From positions 62,001-117,256 of the IMG/VR virus record IMGVR_UViG_3300044641_005242: a stretch of DNA of 55,256 nucleotides; one strand, written 5' to 3'. The translations under genes were made by a program, and so were the position numbers. This DNA comes from an uncultured virus (IMG/VR IMGVR_UViG_3300044641_005242) (lineage: Duplodnaviria; Heunggongvirae; Uroviricota; Caudoviricetes). Below are positions 40,062 through 49,578 of the stretch, one piece after another (position 1 is the stretch's first letter; each line of letters starts with the position of its first letter). Below the pieces are notes generated by a model, which was given only the letters and a program-made list of their open reading frames with translations, did no database searches and was not told where the DNA came from.

Positions 40062-40658
40062 TTAATTACTAGCTATAGGAATTGAGGAGTGTATATTACG
40101 TTCAGTTTGACTACGTATAGTTTCAAAGTACTGAATTATATGGTTTATTGCATGATCCGCAATATCTTCTAACCAATCCTCTGGCTTAAACTCTGTGGTA
40201 CTTATACCACCATGAACTACTTTTAAATCACCCTTCTGAAATTCTTGACGTAGAAAATTTATTAGATCTTGTTTCAAATGTTGTCGTTGTTGAATAACAA
40301 ATATTTCGCTTAATGCTTCTTTATAACTTACTCTTACTGGAGATTGTCCTTTACCACCACTACCTTTTTCTCCTCTACCAGCAGATCTTTGTGCTGCTTT
40401 TTTACGTTTAACCCAATTAGCAATTGCTTTTTTACCACCCTTGGCTCTTATTCTTGCAGCGTACTTTTTGCCTAAACAAGCACTATAACTACTACCTTGT
40501 TTAGCGTCACCACATTTACCAGCTTTTTTACCAGTACTATCATATCTATCCCAACCTCCTCCACTGGTGCTTCCTACTGACCCTTTACCAAACCACGCAC
40601 GTAAACCTCCTTGATAGGCTTCATTAATTTGGTTTTCATATTTTTGGTAAATCGTCAT
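40062..40658 (-). CDS. Basic Gly/Lys-rich putative head-internal protein
   Basis: QINEA, GGLRAWF, GGWDRY..GKCG, RKKAAQ. TATTTATA 6 nt upstream. Confidence 0.65.
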   Translation of the reverse strand: MTIYQKYENQINEAYQGGLRAWFGKGSVGSTSGGGWDRYDSTGKKAGKCGDAKQGSSYSACLGKKYAARIRAKGGKKAIANWVKRKKAAQRSAGRGEKGSGGKGQSPVRVSYKEALSEIFVIQQRQHLKQDLINFLRQEFQKGDLKVVHGGISTTEFKPEDWLEDIADHAINHIIQYFETIRSQTERNIHSSIPIASN

Positions 40659-40684
40659 ATTAAATATAAATATAGACGATCTTG

Positions 40685-40855
40685 TTAACCTTGTATAAAA
40701 ATCTTGGATAGATTTGCGTAAAACTTCTCCAAAGACTTTTTGGTTGCAAACTTTCTTCTGGTTTCTTTTAGAAAAAATGAAATACTTTCACCGCTTAATT
40801 CGATGATTTGACCATCAATATTTATGTTATAGGTCTTGTTTTTTAAGGCAGGCAT
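40685..40855 (-). CDS. Small hypothetical protein (56 aa, below ORF-track cutoff)
   Basis: Hand translation MPALKNKTYNINIDGQIIELSGESISFFLKETRRKFATKKSLEKFYANLSKIFIQG*; fills the 40659-40905 gap. Confidence 0.55.
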   Translation of the reverse strand: MPALKNKTYNINIDGQIIELSGESISFFLKETRRKFATKKSLEKFYANLSKIFIQG

Positions 40856-40889
40856 AAAAGTATCTTATATTAAGTATTTTATGCCTGCC
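40847..40889. repeat. Perfect 13-bp inverted repeat (hairpin; terminator or start-sequestering)
   Basis: GGCAGGCATAAAA (40847-40859), 17 nt loop, TTTTATGCCTGCC (40877-40889). Downstream of the HNH gene and covers the ATG of the 56 aa ORF. Confidence 0.8.
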
Positions 40890-40905
40890 CAAATGTTACA
40901 TTTTT

Positions 40906-41550
40906 TTAAGTTTTGATCAAAAAATGTTGCCAATCAACGTGACGAGCATCTTTGATCAAAGCATACACTGGAACTGGTTGTGGAATATGTGGTTGTTTAA
41001 GCAACTTTAACCCAGCTTCAGAGTTCAATCTATTACCCTTCTTGGAGTTGATATCCCGTGAACACAATACTAGATTGGTCCAAGAGTCTTCACCACCCTT
41101 ACTACGAGGCAGAATATGATCGACGGTAGCATTATTACGATCAATCTTTTTACCAGTGTATTGGCAAACGCCATTATCACGATTATAGATTGCATCCTTA
41201 CTTGGTTTGCCTCTAAATTCCTTTACAGGCATTTTATTGTAATTAGTAGCAATAATGACGGTTGGAACACGAATCTTTAGATGAGCGCTGTTGATGCTTA
41301 GATCCCAAGAACGAACTGGTAGATTTAGCCAATCGGCCCAAGAAACAGGATTCATGGTCTTGGGTTCTGTCAAAATAGGATCGCCATTGTCATCAATATT
41401 ATAATCGATATCCAAAGCTAGTGTTGCTGGCTTTCCATGGGTATCACATCCACAAAGATCTACGATAGCATCTTTGACAGTCTTGAAACCAACTGGTTGC
41501 CAACTAGCATTCAGATTTAGACATATTAATTTATTTTCGATTCCAGTCAT
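40906..41550 (-). CDS. HNH endonuclease (McrA-like)
   Basis: LNLNASWQP, RVPTVI, IYNRDNGVCQYTG, TVDHILPRSKGGEDSWTNLV, NSKKGN. Confidence 0.92.
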   Translation of the reverse strand: MTGIENKLICLNLNASWQPVGFKTVKDAIVDLCGCDTHGKPATLALDIDYNIDDNGDPILTEPKTMNPVSWADWLNLPVRSWDLSINSAHLKIRVPTVIIATNYNKMPVKEFRGKPSKDAIYNRDNGVCQYTGKKIDRNNATVDHILPRSKGGEDSWTNLVLCSRDINSKKGNRLNSEAGLKLLKQPHIPQPVPVYALIKDARHVDWQHFLIKT

Positions 41551-41559
41551 AACTCCTCC

Positions 41560-41587
41560 ATCTTATATCACTTTTTATACAAGTCAA
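41560..41587 (-). promoter_or_regulatory. Candidate sigma70-type promoter for the HNH gene
   Basis: Minus strand TTGACT, 16 nt spacer, TAAGAT, followed by GGAGGAGTT-ATG. Confidence 0.45.
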
Positions 41588-41897
41588 ATAAAATATTTTC
41601 TTCTGGTTCTAAACTTTCGTCTAGTCTACCCTTGACAATTTCCAGATCACATTTAAACCACTCGTTTTTAATGTCCGTAGCAAAATATCTTAACTTTTCA
41701 GCTATTCTTTTCTCAGCTTCGTAACAATCTGGATGTTGAATATAATATTCAATTTTATAGTTACGTAACGGAGATGATGTTTGATATGTGCGCAACCTTG
41801 ATTTTATATCATTAGTAACTCCCACCTTGTAATAATTGGGAAAGTTACTATTACTTATGATATATACATAACCATTTTTTTGTCTACTATTTGTCAT
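41568..41897 (-). CDS. GIY-YIG superfamily nuclease (T5orf172/MUG113-like)
   Basis: GYVYII, YKVGVT, RLRTYQTSSP, AEKRI, NEWF. Confidence 0.88.
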   Translation of the reverse strand: MTNSRQKNGYVYIISNSNFPNYYKVGVTNDIKSRLRTYQTSSPLRNYKIEYYIQHPDCYEAEKRIAEKLRYFATDIKNEWFKCDLEIVKGRLDESLEPEENILFDLYKK

Positions 41898-41916
41898 TTA
41901 ATCTACTAATAAGTAG

Positions 41917-42528
41917 TTAAATGATTTCGTCAACCAATCCGTATTTTAAACACTCAGATGCGGATAAATAAATATCATGTTTCAACATTTCTTCCAAATC
42001 TGATGTGGTGAATTTGGTATGTTCTAAGTAAATCTTTTTAACTTTTTCAGATAGTAATTCAAGATTTTTGAATTCATCCTTAAAGGTTTCATGAGTACCA
42101 CCACACCAACTTCTTAATTGATGTACCAACATAACACCATTTTGACCAATAAATCTTTTCTTACCACATACACTAATAAGAGTTGCTGCGGAAGCGCTGA
42201 TACCTTCTACGTATGTATAGATTGGTACTCTTGATGCTTTGATACGATCAACGGTAGTAAAGGCTGAAAATATTTCACCACCATCGCTATTGATGAACAA
42301 TTTTACGTGAGGTGGTGTTTCTAATCCTAGATTGATTTGGGTAATTAACATTTGTTTTTCCAAATCACTAAGACTTCTGTTTAGATTGTATATGCTTTCT
42401 AAGTCTACTTGACTATAAAAATAAATCTCATTGCCATTTATTTGGTGTGGGATTTTTGTTTTGGTGGTGGCAATGATGTCTTCTTCATCATAAACTGGTA
42501 ACTCATTTTTATAGCGAGAATAAAGCAT
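41917..42528 (-). CDS. clpP: ClpP-like serine protease subunit
   Basis: LFINSDGG, GISASAAT (Ser), LVHQ (His), DIYLSASECLKYGLVDEI. ATG 42528 preferred (TATTTATA 6 nt upstream). Confidence 0.88.
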   Translation of the reverse strand: MLYSRYKNELPVYDEEDIIATTKTKIPHQINGNEIYFYSQVDLESIYNLNRSLSDLEKQMLITQINLGLETPPHVKLFINSDGGEIFSAFTTVDRIKASRVPIYTYVEGISASAATLISVCGKKRFIGQNGVMLVHQLRSWCGGTHETFKDEFKNLELLSEKVKKIYLEHTKFTTSDLEEMLKHDIYLSASECLKYGLVDEII

Positions 42529-42542
42529 ATTGTTTATAAATA

Positions 42543-43586
42543 TCAATTTTGATTAAACAAACGTAACAATCCATTAAATTTTACAAGTTCGTAATCCACA
42601 TCAATAGTTTTGTCTAGCACATCATCTACTTTTATTCTAACTTGTTTGACATCATGACCCAATTCAGAAATAAAATACTCCGATGGAACTATAGTTTTAT
42701 CCGCAGATAAATTGTTATCAAAATAAACTTGTATACGATGTTCTTTGTTCCCATACTGATATGACATATTTAATAAAATTAAGTATTTATTTTTATTTTT
42801 ATCAACAAATACATTCATTATATTGTCTAATATCCACTTTTCATTTGTAAGTCTTGTAGATTTTCCATCATCAATATGACCACTTTCTCTTAGACGAATT
42901 AATTCATCGTTGATGTTTAGGAACTTATCCATGTCATTTTTAAATAAATTATAAAATAATATCTCATACGCTTTATTTAAATCATACTTGATTATATTTT
43001 CAGCAATATACCAATCTTTTTTATCATGTGGTATAGTATATTTTTCCAATATGAAATCTAAATTCGCAAAGAAATACGTTATATACAACATGTCTGATCC
43101 ATTTAGTATACCACGAGCAGTAATTAACTTAATTTTTTCTTCATTTAATATATCAAATTGTTTTTTGATAAAATCAAACGATCCATCTTTGAAAACGTTA
43201 TCATCTTCTGTAAAGAATACATTTTTATACCCCAGATTTTTTGCCATCTTCAAAGCAAGTTTAATATTTTTTGTTATGGTTGAATTCATACTATGGGTAT
43301 ATACTGATAAAAATACTGGATGTAAATTTACCCACAATGCAGCTGTATTATCCAAATTTAATTCGTGTATACATTTATACGTAAAATCTTTTTCTATTTT
43401 TTCATTTTCTTTATTTATGATCAAATAATCAATCATAAAATTCAAGTGTGCCGGAATATCACATCCTGAGATTACTAATATTGGAATTTTTAGTTTACTA
43501 AAATAGTAAAGTTGTTCTTGTAAAAAAGAAATTTTTTCAAGTGTGTTTGGAAACGTACTTATAATTATAATATTGTTTTTAACCAT
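42543..43586 (-). CDS. Uncharacterised GT-A-like family protein (paralog 2 of 4)
   Basis: IIISTFP, NIKLALKMAKNLGYKNVFFTEDD, YFFAN. Confidence 0.6.
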   Translation of the reverse strand: MVKNNIIIISTFPNTLEKISFLQEQLYYFSKLKIPILVISGCDIPAHLNFMIDYLIINKENEKIEKDFTYKCIHELNLDNTAALWVNLHPVFLSVYTHSMNSTITKNIKLALKMAKNLGYKNVFFTEDDNVFKDGSFDFIKKQFDILNEEKIKLITARGILNGSDMLYITYFFANLDFILEKYTIPHDKKDWYIAENIIKYDLNKAYEILFYNLFKNDMDKFLNINDELIRLRESGHIDDGKSTRLTNEKWILDNIMNVFVDKNKNKYLILLNMSYQYGNKEHRIQVYFDNNLSADKTIVPSEYFISELGHDVKQVRIKVDDVLDKTIDVDYELVKFNGLLRLFNQN

Positions 43587-43587
43587 A

Positions 43588-44082
43588 TTATATATTTAGT
43601 TTGAATTGGTTTAAATCGCCTTTTAATATTGATCTTAGTTCTGGATCATCTACATAATGAATGTTGTCTTTCTCTTTAACAAAACTAATATGTTGGGTTT
43701 TATTCCATCCATTTGAATTAACTACTATGTCATCAGTTCTGCCAGACTTTTCACATATATAACCGGACATATACTCTGCAAAAGAAATAATAGCTTCGGT
43801 TCTTTCATTGCCACCATTGGTATAAAATCTAAGAGTAGCAAACTTTTCTTTTACTTGTGCAACTTTGATTTGTTTTACTGGAAGATATTGATCTGGATAC
43901 TTTTCTGCCCATTTATTTTGTTGATCAATATAGTCTTGAAGATATCGACTTAACCAAAGAATAAGTCTGAACCATCCATCATCACACTCAAATCCAAACT
44001 GAGTAAATGGTTGTTGTTCTCCACAATCAGTATAAAGATTTGGAAACTTCTTTTTGAGATAACTCTCTAATTCAACTCTCAT
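43588..44082 (-). CDS. Conserved phage hypothetical protein
   Basis: FECDDGW, QVKEKFATLRFY, ICEKSG motifs. Confidence 0.75.
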   Translation of the reverse strand: MRVELESYLKKKFPNLYTDCGEQQPFTQFGFECDDGWFRLILWLSRYLQDYIDQQNKWAEKYPDQYLPVKQIKVAQVKEKFATLRFYTNGGNERTEAIISFAEYMSGYICEKSGRTDDIVVNSNGWNKTQHISFVKEKDNIHYVDDPELRSILKGDLNQFKLNI

Positions 44083-44600
44083 ATGTTGTATTCTTTTCCA
44101 TCAAAATAAGCTTTACATCCCAACTCTGTGTCTACTGCAAAGATTTTTACATCAGCTTCATTCAACATAGTAAAGGTAACATTGTCATGTCCCTTCCACT
44201 GTTCTCGTTGTGCAACGTAACACAAATCATTGAATTGTTTATGTATATATACTTCTTTGATACCACTTTGAATTATACCTCTAGCACAATCAGCGCATGG
44301 TAAAGCGTTAGTATATAAGATGGCACCCTCCGTGGTGATACCATATCTGGCAGCTGCATAAATTGCATTGCGTTCGCCATGTTCATACCATTTGTATTTC
44401 TCGGGACGTTGATGACGATCATTTATAGAGTCGTCCACTTCCATTGGAATACCATTATATCCAGTAGATATAATCCTACGATCTTTTACAAGAATTGCAC
44501 CAATCTTGGTTTTGGGATCTTTAGATTTACTAGCGACCCAATACACACCTTGTAAAAACCAATTATTGAAACTACTATTATCTTTCATAAACACAATCAT
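44079..44600 (-). CDS. dCMP deaminase
   Basis: SKDPKTKIGA, TGYNG, HGERNAI, PCADCARGIIQSGI. Confidence 0.93.
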   Translation of the reverse strand: MIVFMKDNSSFNNWFLQGVYWVASKSKDPKTKIGAILVKDRRIISTGYNGIPMEVDDSINDRHQRPEKYKWYEHGERNAIYAAARYGITTEGAILYTNALPCADCARGIIQSGIKEVYIHKQFNDLCYVAQREQWKGHDNVTFTMLNEADVKIFAVDTELGCKAYFDGKEYNI

Positions 44601-44603
44601 ATC

Positions 44604-44631
44604 TTGACTTTGTTTTTTTACAAGTTAAAAT
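44604..44631 (+). promoter_or_regulatory. Candidate sigma70-type promoter
   Basis: TTGACT (44604-44609), 16 nt spacer, TAAAAT (44626-44631), upstream of 44666 and the radical SAM gene. Confidence 0.4.
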
Positions 44632-44665
44632 AACTATCGGGGGTGTACGCTACTATTTATAGTAT

Positions 44666-44854
44666 ATGAATAATTATACTGGAAAAATCCATGGAATTAA
44701 GTTCCTTGTCAAGGATTCCAAGACCATACGTATATGGAAACCAAGTGATTTGGATATGATGGAATTTAGACCACAATGTGATTTTGTAGTCAAGTATTTA
44801 ATTGATGAAGGATTTTTTAATAAAAAACAATGTAAGGTTGAAGTAGTTAATTGA
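44666..44854 (+). CDS. Small hypothetical protein
   Basis: 62 aa; TATTTATA 4 nt upstream. Confidence 0.65.
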   Translation: MNNYTGKIHGIKFLVKDSKTIRIWKPSDLDMMEFRPQCDFVVKYLIDEGFFNKKQCKVEVVN

Positions 44855-44870
44855 TTGATTTTTAATTGTT

Positions 44871-46319
44871 ATGATAACACTGATTATACCACCATCTCCA
44901 TTTTTATTAGATGAAAGAGTTTTTCCAAGTTTGGGATTACTCAAAATTGCCGCTGTATTACAATCTAAACACGAATTAAAAGTTTTGGATCTGAGTGGTA
45001 TTAAAAACTACTTGGATGTGATGGAAGTTTATTTAAAACAAAAAGACTCCAACATTTTTTGTATTACCGCAACAACTCCTCAACTTCCTCACTCAATTAA
45101 GATCAAGGATTTGATAAAGAAATACAAGCCTAATAGTCGAGTTGTGTTGGGTGGTCCACATGTTACATTGGTATATGCCGCATATAAGAACAATGCAAAT
45201 AAACGTTCTACTATGAACAAGGATATGTTGGAACAACACTTTGATTGTTTGGTAAGTGGTGATGGAGAAAAAGCTATCTTTCCAGCAGTTGAAACAAATT
45301 TAAAGTTTATTGATGGTGATGATCCAAAGCAACAATATTTCTTGACAAATGAGGATTATGAAAAGTTACCACTTCCAGCTAGAGAACTGATTGATTTGGA
45401 ATCTTATCATTATACAATCGATGGTAAAAAAGCAACCAGCGTTATTGCACAATTGGGTTGTCCATTTAACTGCGGGTTTTGTGGTGGTAGATTAAGCAAT
45501 TCGTTGAGAAGAATTCGTACTCGTAGTGGCAATAATATTTTAAATGAAATCGAAGCCCTACACGAAGTATATGGTTTAGAAGGATTCATGTTTTATGATG
45601 ATGAACTTAATGTAAATAAACAATTTGAATCTTTGTTGACCGACTTAATTAAGTTACAACAACGATTGGGTGTAGAGTTTAGATTAAGAGGATTTGTTAA
45701 GAGTGAATTGTTTACTGATACACAAGCCAAGTTGATGTATGAAGCTGGATTTAGATGGTTGCTTTGTGGATTTGAGGCCGGTAATGATCGTATCTTACAG
45801 AATATCAATAAGAAAGCTACATATGATGATAATGTAAGAGTTATTGAGAAATGTAAGAAGTATGGACTTAAGATTAAATCTCTTATGAGTGTGGGTCATC
45901 CGGGTGAAAGTGAACAAACCATCAACGATGTTGCTGAATTCTTGATTAAGAATGGAACTGATGATTTTGATTGTACCGTAATTACACCATATCCAGGTAC
46001 TCCTTATTATGATAAGTCTGTGGAGATTGGTGACAATGTTTATAAGTACACCGTCGAGAGGACTGGAGATAATCTTTACAGCAAAACTCTTGATTATACT
46101 ACGACCAGTAATTTCTATAAGGGTGTGCCTGGTCAAAACTATGAAAGTTATGTTTATACGGACTATTTAAAGTCTAATGAAATTGTTAGTATGAGAGATG
46201 ATTTGGAAAACAGAGTCAGAAAGACACTCAACATTCCATTTAATCAATCAACTGCCGCAATTTTATATGAACATAGTATGGGACAAGGATTGCCATCATT
46301 AGCACTGAAGGATGTATAA
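44871..46319 (+). CDS. Cobalamin-binding radical SAM enzyme (class B methylase-like)
   Basis: PSLGLLKIAA, VLGGPHVT, GDGE (B12-binding domain); GCPFNCGFC; YDDE; GFEAG; PGE; PYPGT. Confidence 0.93.
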   Translation: MITLIIPPSPFLLDERVFPSLGLLKIAAVLQSKHELKVLDLSGIKNYLDVMEVYLKQKDSNIFCITATTPQLPHSIKIKDLIKKYKPNSRVVLGGPHVTLVYAAYKNNANKRSTMNKDMLEQHFDCLVSGDGEKAIFPAVETNLKFIDGDDPKQQYFLTNEDYEKLPLPARELIDLESYHYTIDGKKATSVIAQLGCPFNCGFCGGRLSNSLRRIRTRSGNNILNEIEALHEVYGLEGFMFYDDELNVNKQFESLLTDLIKLQQRLGVEFRLRGFVKSELFTDTQAKLMYEAGFRWLLCGFEAGNDRILQNINKKATYDDNVRVIEKCKKYGLKIKSLMSVGHPGESEQTINDVAEFLIKNGTDDFDCTVITPYPGTPYYDKSVEIGDNVYKYTVERTGDNLYSKTLDYTTTSNFYKGVPGQNYESYVYTDYLKSNEIVSMRDDLENRVRKTLNIPFNQSTAAILYEHSMGQGLPSLALKDV

Positions 46320-46775
46320 TCAGTGTAAGTTACTTACTATCTTACAATCTTTGAACATCTTGATTAAACTTTTATAAAATCCTTTATTATTGATTTTGAG
46401 AAGTTCTTCAAATTGTTTGAGTTCTACTAACATATCTGGTAGTGAAGCATTTTCCAGTATTGTTTTAGTCAATACAAAATAATGTTTTGATTCATCATCT
46501 TCATTTTCCAACTTATATGCTTTTGTTAACAATGCAAATGAAGGGTCTGGAATTTTTTTCATATGCATATCTTTGAAGTAATCATTACCCACTTTGTTTT
46601 TTAATTCAAACACCATTACATCATCTGAATCATATGTGTTTGCAAATATGTTTTCAAATGAAAGTGTGCATACTTCAAATATTTTATCTTCGTCTGACTC
46701 AAAACTGCTGGTGTTGGTAAAGTCCACTTTGGCTTTCCAATTTGCACACTCCACTATGTAGATTTCGGGAGTCAT
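46320..46775 (-). CDS. Hypothetical protein (paralog of 37747..38100)
   Basis: VECANWK, EVCTLSFE, ILENASL. Confidence 0.7.
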   Translation of the reverse strand: MTPEIYIVECANWKAKVDFTNTSSFESDEDKIFEVCTLSFENIFANTYDSDDVMVFELKNKVGNDYFKDMHMKKIPDPSFALLTKAYKLENEDDESKHYFVLTKTILENASLPDMLVELKQFEELLKINNKGFYKSLIKMFKDCKIVSNLH

Positions 46776-46799
46776 ATTATTTATTATAAATATTTGATT

Positions 46800-47858
46800 T
46801 TATAGCCACCACCCATTTTTTCTTACATCATCTTCACTCATTGATTTATATTCTTTAGTTAATATCGAATTAAATGTTATTCTTATATTTGGTTTTTCAC
46901 TTAATTTTAAATCAAAATCCAAAGCATAAAATAGATGGGATGTTGAAAGTTTACCCCAAAATATCAATATATCATTTCTATGAATTTCGAGTATTATATG
47001 ATCTTTGTCAAATTTTAAGTTTTGTAAATTTATAAAAAATGATAATATGTTTGTTGTTTTTTCAAACATGAATATGGATCTTGAATTGTCTATTATACTA
47101 TTATGTGAGTATATCTGGTTTAAATTGGTGTCACTTCCAAAAATAGTTGCAAATCCGCCATTTTTTACATCTTCAAAATAGATATTTGATATATTATATG
47201 TATTTGAATAAAACACTTCATATAGATACGTCTCATAATCAATAGAGTCAGGGTAGGTTGATTCTAACTCTTCTTGGGTTTCTGGAATTCTATCTAAGAT
47301 ACTTTCGTTAAAGTATAGTGTGTTTCCAAACCAAAAATACGAATGAATTACCGGGTTTGTACACATACCCGTCCATGTATTACCAAAATAAATAGCGTTT
47401 AAATTTTCAGCATTCATTTTAGTAAAGTACTCTGATAACTTATTTATTCCTGTATCCGAAAAGTAATGATCGTCTTCAACATAAAAAAAATTACTATACT
47501 TTAAAGATAATGCAAGTTTAATTAAATTTTTGGTGTTTCTAAAAACACTTAAAAAGTGAGTATCTGTATAGATTACATATGGTGGATTGCTACAAGAATA
47601 GAAAAACGATCCAAAAGCGGCACCGCATGGTACAGGGTATTCTCTAGATTTTTTATATACAAATTTATTTATCTTCCCATCATAAAAATCAAAAACTACT
47701 AATTTAGATAATTTAAAAAATTCTTCGTTTATATTTCCAGCCGTCGAAAGTACAATAATATCTTTTCCCAATTTAGTTAGTTGTCTTAAATTTTTTAAAG
47801 ACATCTGTTCACGTTCTTTGGTTTTAGGAGATGTTAAAAATAATATTACCTCAGACAT
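46800..47858 (-). CDS. Uncharacterised GT-A-like family protein (paralog 3 of 4)
   Basis: HFLSVFRNTKNLIKLALSLKYSNFFYVEDD, YFWFGN. Confidence 0.6.
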   Translation of the reverse strand: MSEVILFLTSPKTKEREQMSLKNLRQLTKLGKDIIVLSTAGNINEEFFKLSKLVVFDFYDGKINKFVYKKSREYPVPCGAAFGSFFYSCSNPPYVIYTDTHFLSVFRNTKNLIKLALSLKYSNFFYVEDDHYFSDTGINKLSEYFTKMNAENLNAIYFGNTWTGMCTNPVIHSYFWFGNTLYFNESILDRIPETQEELESTYPDSIDYETYLYEVFYSNTYNISNIYFEDVKNGGFATIFGSDTNLNQIYSHNSIIDNSRSIFMFEKTTNILSFFINLQNLKFDKDHIILEIHRNDILIFWGKLSTSHLFYALDFDLKLSEKPNIRITFNSILTKEYKSMSEDDVRKNGWWL

Positions 47859-48391
47859 TATATGTAATCATTTAAGGTTTTAATTTCATGATATGGACTA
47901 TGTGCGTACACATAATGTCCATAAATTCTATCACGTTTACAATATTCTTCATAACTACATCTTGCATAGTTTAAATTTAAATTTAAATATTTAAGTCTCA
48001 TTATGTATATGTCTCTAGAAATATGGTCGTCATGTTTAAATTTAATCAAATCAATACTATCGGCTCGTATAGAATTATATAATGACAATAAATTATCTAC
48101 GTTTTTAATTTTTAAATTTGATGATATAAACATAATTCTTTTGTACCTTTTTAAAAGTAAGTATTTTGTGATATACATTTTTAAAAAATACAGATGATAA
48201 TCTAAGTGCCATTCATCAACAAAATCTATTTTTTGACAAAAAATCTGTTCAAAGTTACAACCCTGTGGAAGAACATTAGGGTTAAATGTTATTAAAAAAT
48301 GTTTATCAACAACACTTGATAATGTTTTATAGTTGTGTTCAACATTTTTTATATCATCAATTCTGTTGATAAAATGCAATACACAATTCAT
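47858..48391 (-). CDS. Hypothetical protein
   Basis: 177 aa, overlap-coupled to both neighbours. Confidence 0.6.
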   Translation of the reverse strand: MNCVLHFINRIDDIKNVEHNYKTLSSVVDKHFLITFNPNVLPQGCNFEQIFCQKIDFVDEWHLDYHLYFLKMYITKYLLLKRYKRIMFISSNLKIKNVDNLLSLYNSIRADSIDLIKFKHDDHISRDIYIMRLKYLNLNLNYARCSYEEYCKRDRIYGHYVYAHSPYHEIKTLNDYI

Positions 48392-49146
48392 TTGTTCTTA
48401 AATATCAGTGTACTTGGTTCTTCTGCAACACCTCGGTTTATGAAATCAAAACTATAACTATATCGACCTATGTGTGCCAATCGAATGGTTGTGTCAGCAA
48501 ATATTGTTATTCCAGCTTCTTTGGCTCTATGACAAAATGAAAAGTCTTCTCCAACATAATCATCTCCAATAATCATGGGAAGAAACCATGCGTGAACTTT
48601 GTGTTGTCCACCCCATATATTAACAGGTTTCAATCCATATTTCAGTTTTATCTTTTCATATACACTCACATGTGTATACATAAATCCTGTAGCTGCGTAC
48701 TCCACTTCATAAAGACCGCCATGTGTTCCAAATACGATCTCGTCAAAGCCACTATGAAACTTTGTGGTTAAGGCTGGCCATCCTTTGACACAATATGTTG
48801 CTGTAATAAATGGTTGTTGTTCTCTTATACTGGTGTTTATTACTTTATATATGTCATTTGGATAAAACGCAATATCACTATCAATCCAAAACAAATGTTC
48901 ATATCCATCATTTATAGCTTGTTGTGCCATCACACATCTACCTTGATCAATCGCACTAAATCCATATTTTCTATATACTTTTACCCCATCCTTTTCGAGT
49001 TGTCTCAATGCGTCATCACAGGCTGGTTCTATATGTGAACCCACTGGTACTAGTATAATGGTTTTATCTTTTATTGATTGTTCTAATTGATCATCACCGG
49101 GCCAGGGTATATAGGATATTGTTTTTGGTTTTTTAGAGAATATCAT
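48388..49146 (-). CDS. GT-A (GT2-like) glycosyltransferase
   Basis: IDQGR, LFWIDSDI (DxD), ATGFM, GEDFSFC, LAHIG. Confidence 0.85.
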   Translation of the reverse strand: MIFSKKPKTISYIPWPGDDQLEQSIKDKTIILVPVGSHIEPACDDALRQLEKDGVKVYRKYGFSAIDQGRCVMAQQAINDGYEHLFWIDSDIAFYPNDIYKVINTSIREQQPFITATYCVKGWPALTTKFHSGFDEIVFGTHGGLYEVEYAATGFMYTHVSVYEKIKLKYGLKPVNIWGGQHKVHAWFLPMIIGDDYVGEDFSFCHRAKEAGITIFADTTIRLAHIGRYSYSFDFINRGVAEEPSTLIFKNK

Positions 49147-49217
49147 AACAGAATATAAATACCTAGCGATGTAATGTTTTGGTTTATTTTAATTATTAAT
49201 CAATATTTATAACATAT

Positions 49218-49577
49218 ATGATAGTAACAAATCTTTTAACTCTACACAATCAGCTAAAAATCAACCACTGGCAAACCAAGAAGTATTCTGAACATCAAGC
49301 CCTCGGTGCTGCATATGATGAGTTTAGTGATCTTATTGATCAATTTATCGAAGTATTGATGGGTAAATATGGTCGTATACGTGGTAAAAATGGTTTTACA
49401 ATTGAATTGAAAGATTACCAAGATCTACCCACTGAAACATTCGTTAACAAATATATTGATTATCTAGTGAGTGAACTTCCAAAGGGATTGGAAGAATCTG
49501 ATACTGATTTGTTAAATATCCGAGACGAAATGTTGTCAGAATTAAACAAACTAAAATATCTATTAACACTAGAGTAA
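49218..49577 (+). CDS. Dps/ferritin-like four-helix protein (DUF5856-like)
   Basis: HWQT..EHQAL..YD..IDQFIE; LLNIRDEM..KYLLTL. Confidence 0.8.
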   Translation: MIVTNLLTLHNQLKINHWQTKKYSEHQALGAAYDEFSDLIDQFIEVLMGKYGRIRGKNGFTIELKDYQDLPTETFVNKYIDYLVSELPKGLEESDTDLLNIRDEMLSELNKLKYLLTLE

Positions 49578-49578
49578 T

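Noticed and set aside
40906..41897. HNH plus GIY-YIG pair as a mobile element or defence system
   Set aside because: Free-standing nucleases are routine in large phages; no intron, target-site duplication or partner gene is evident.
12209..47490. A8 runs (12209-12216, 13104-13111, 47483-47490) as phase-variable tracts
   Set aside because: Expected by chance in such AT-rich, Lys/Phe-rich genes; the frames are intact.
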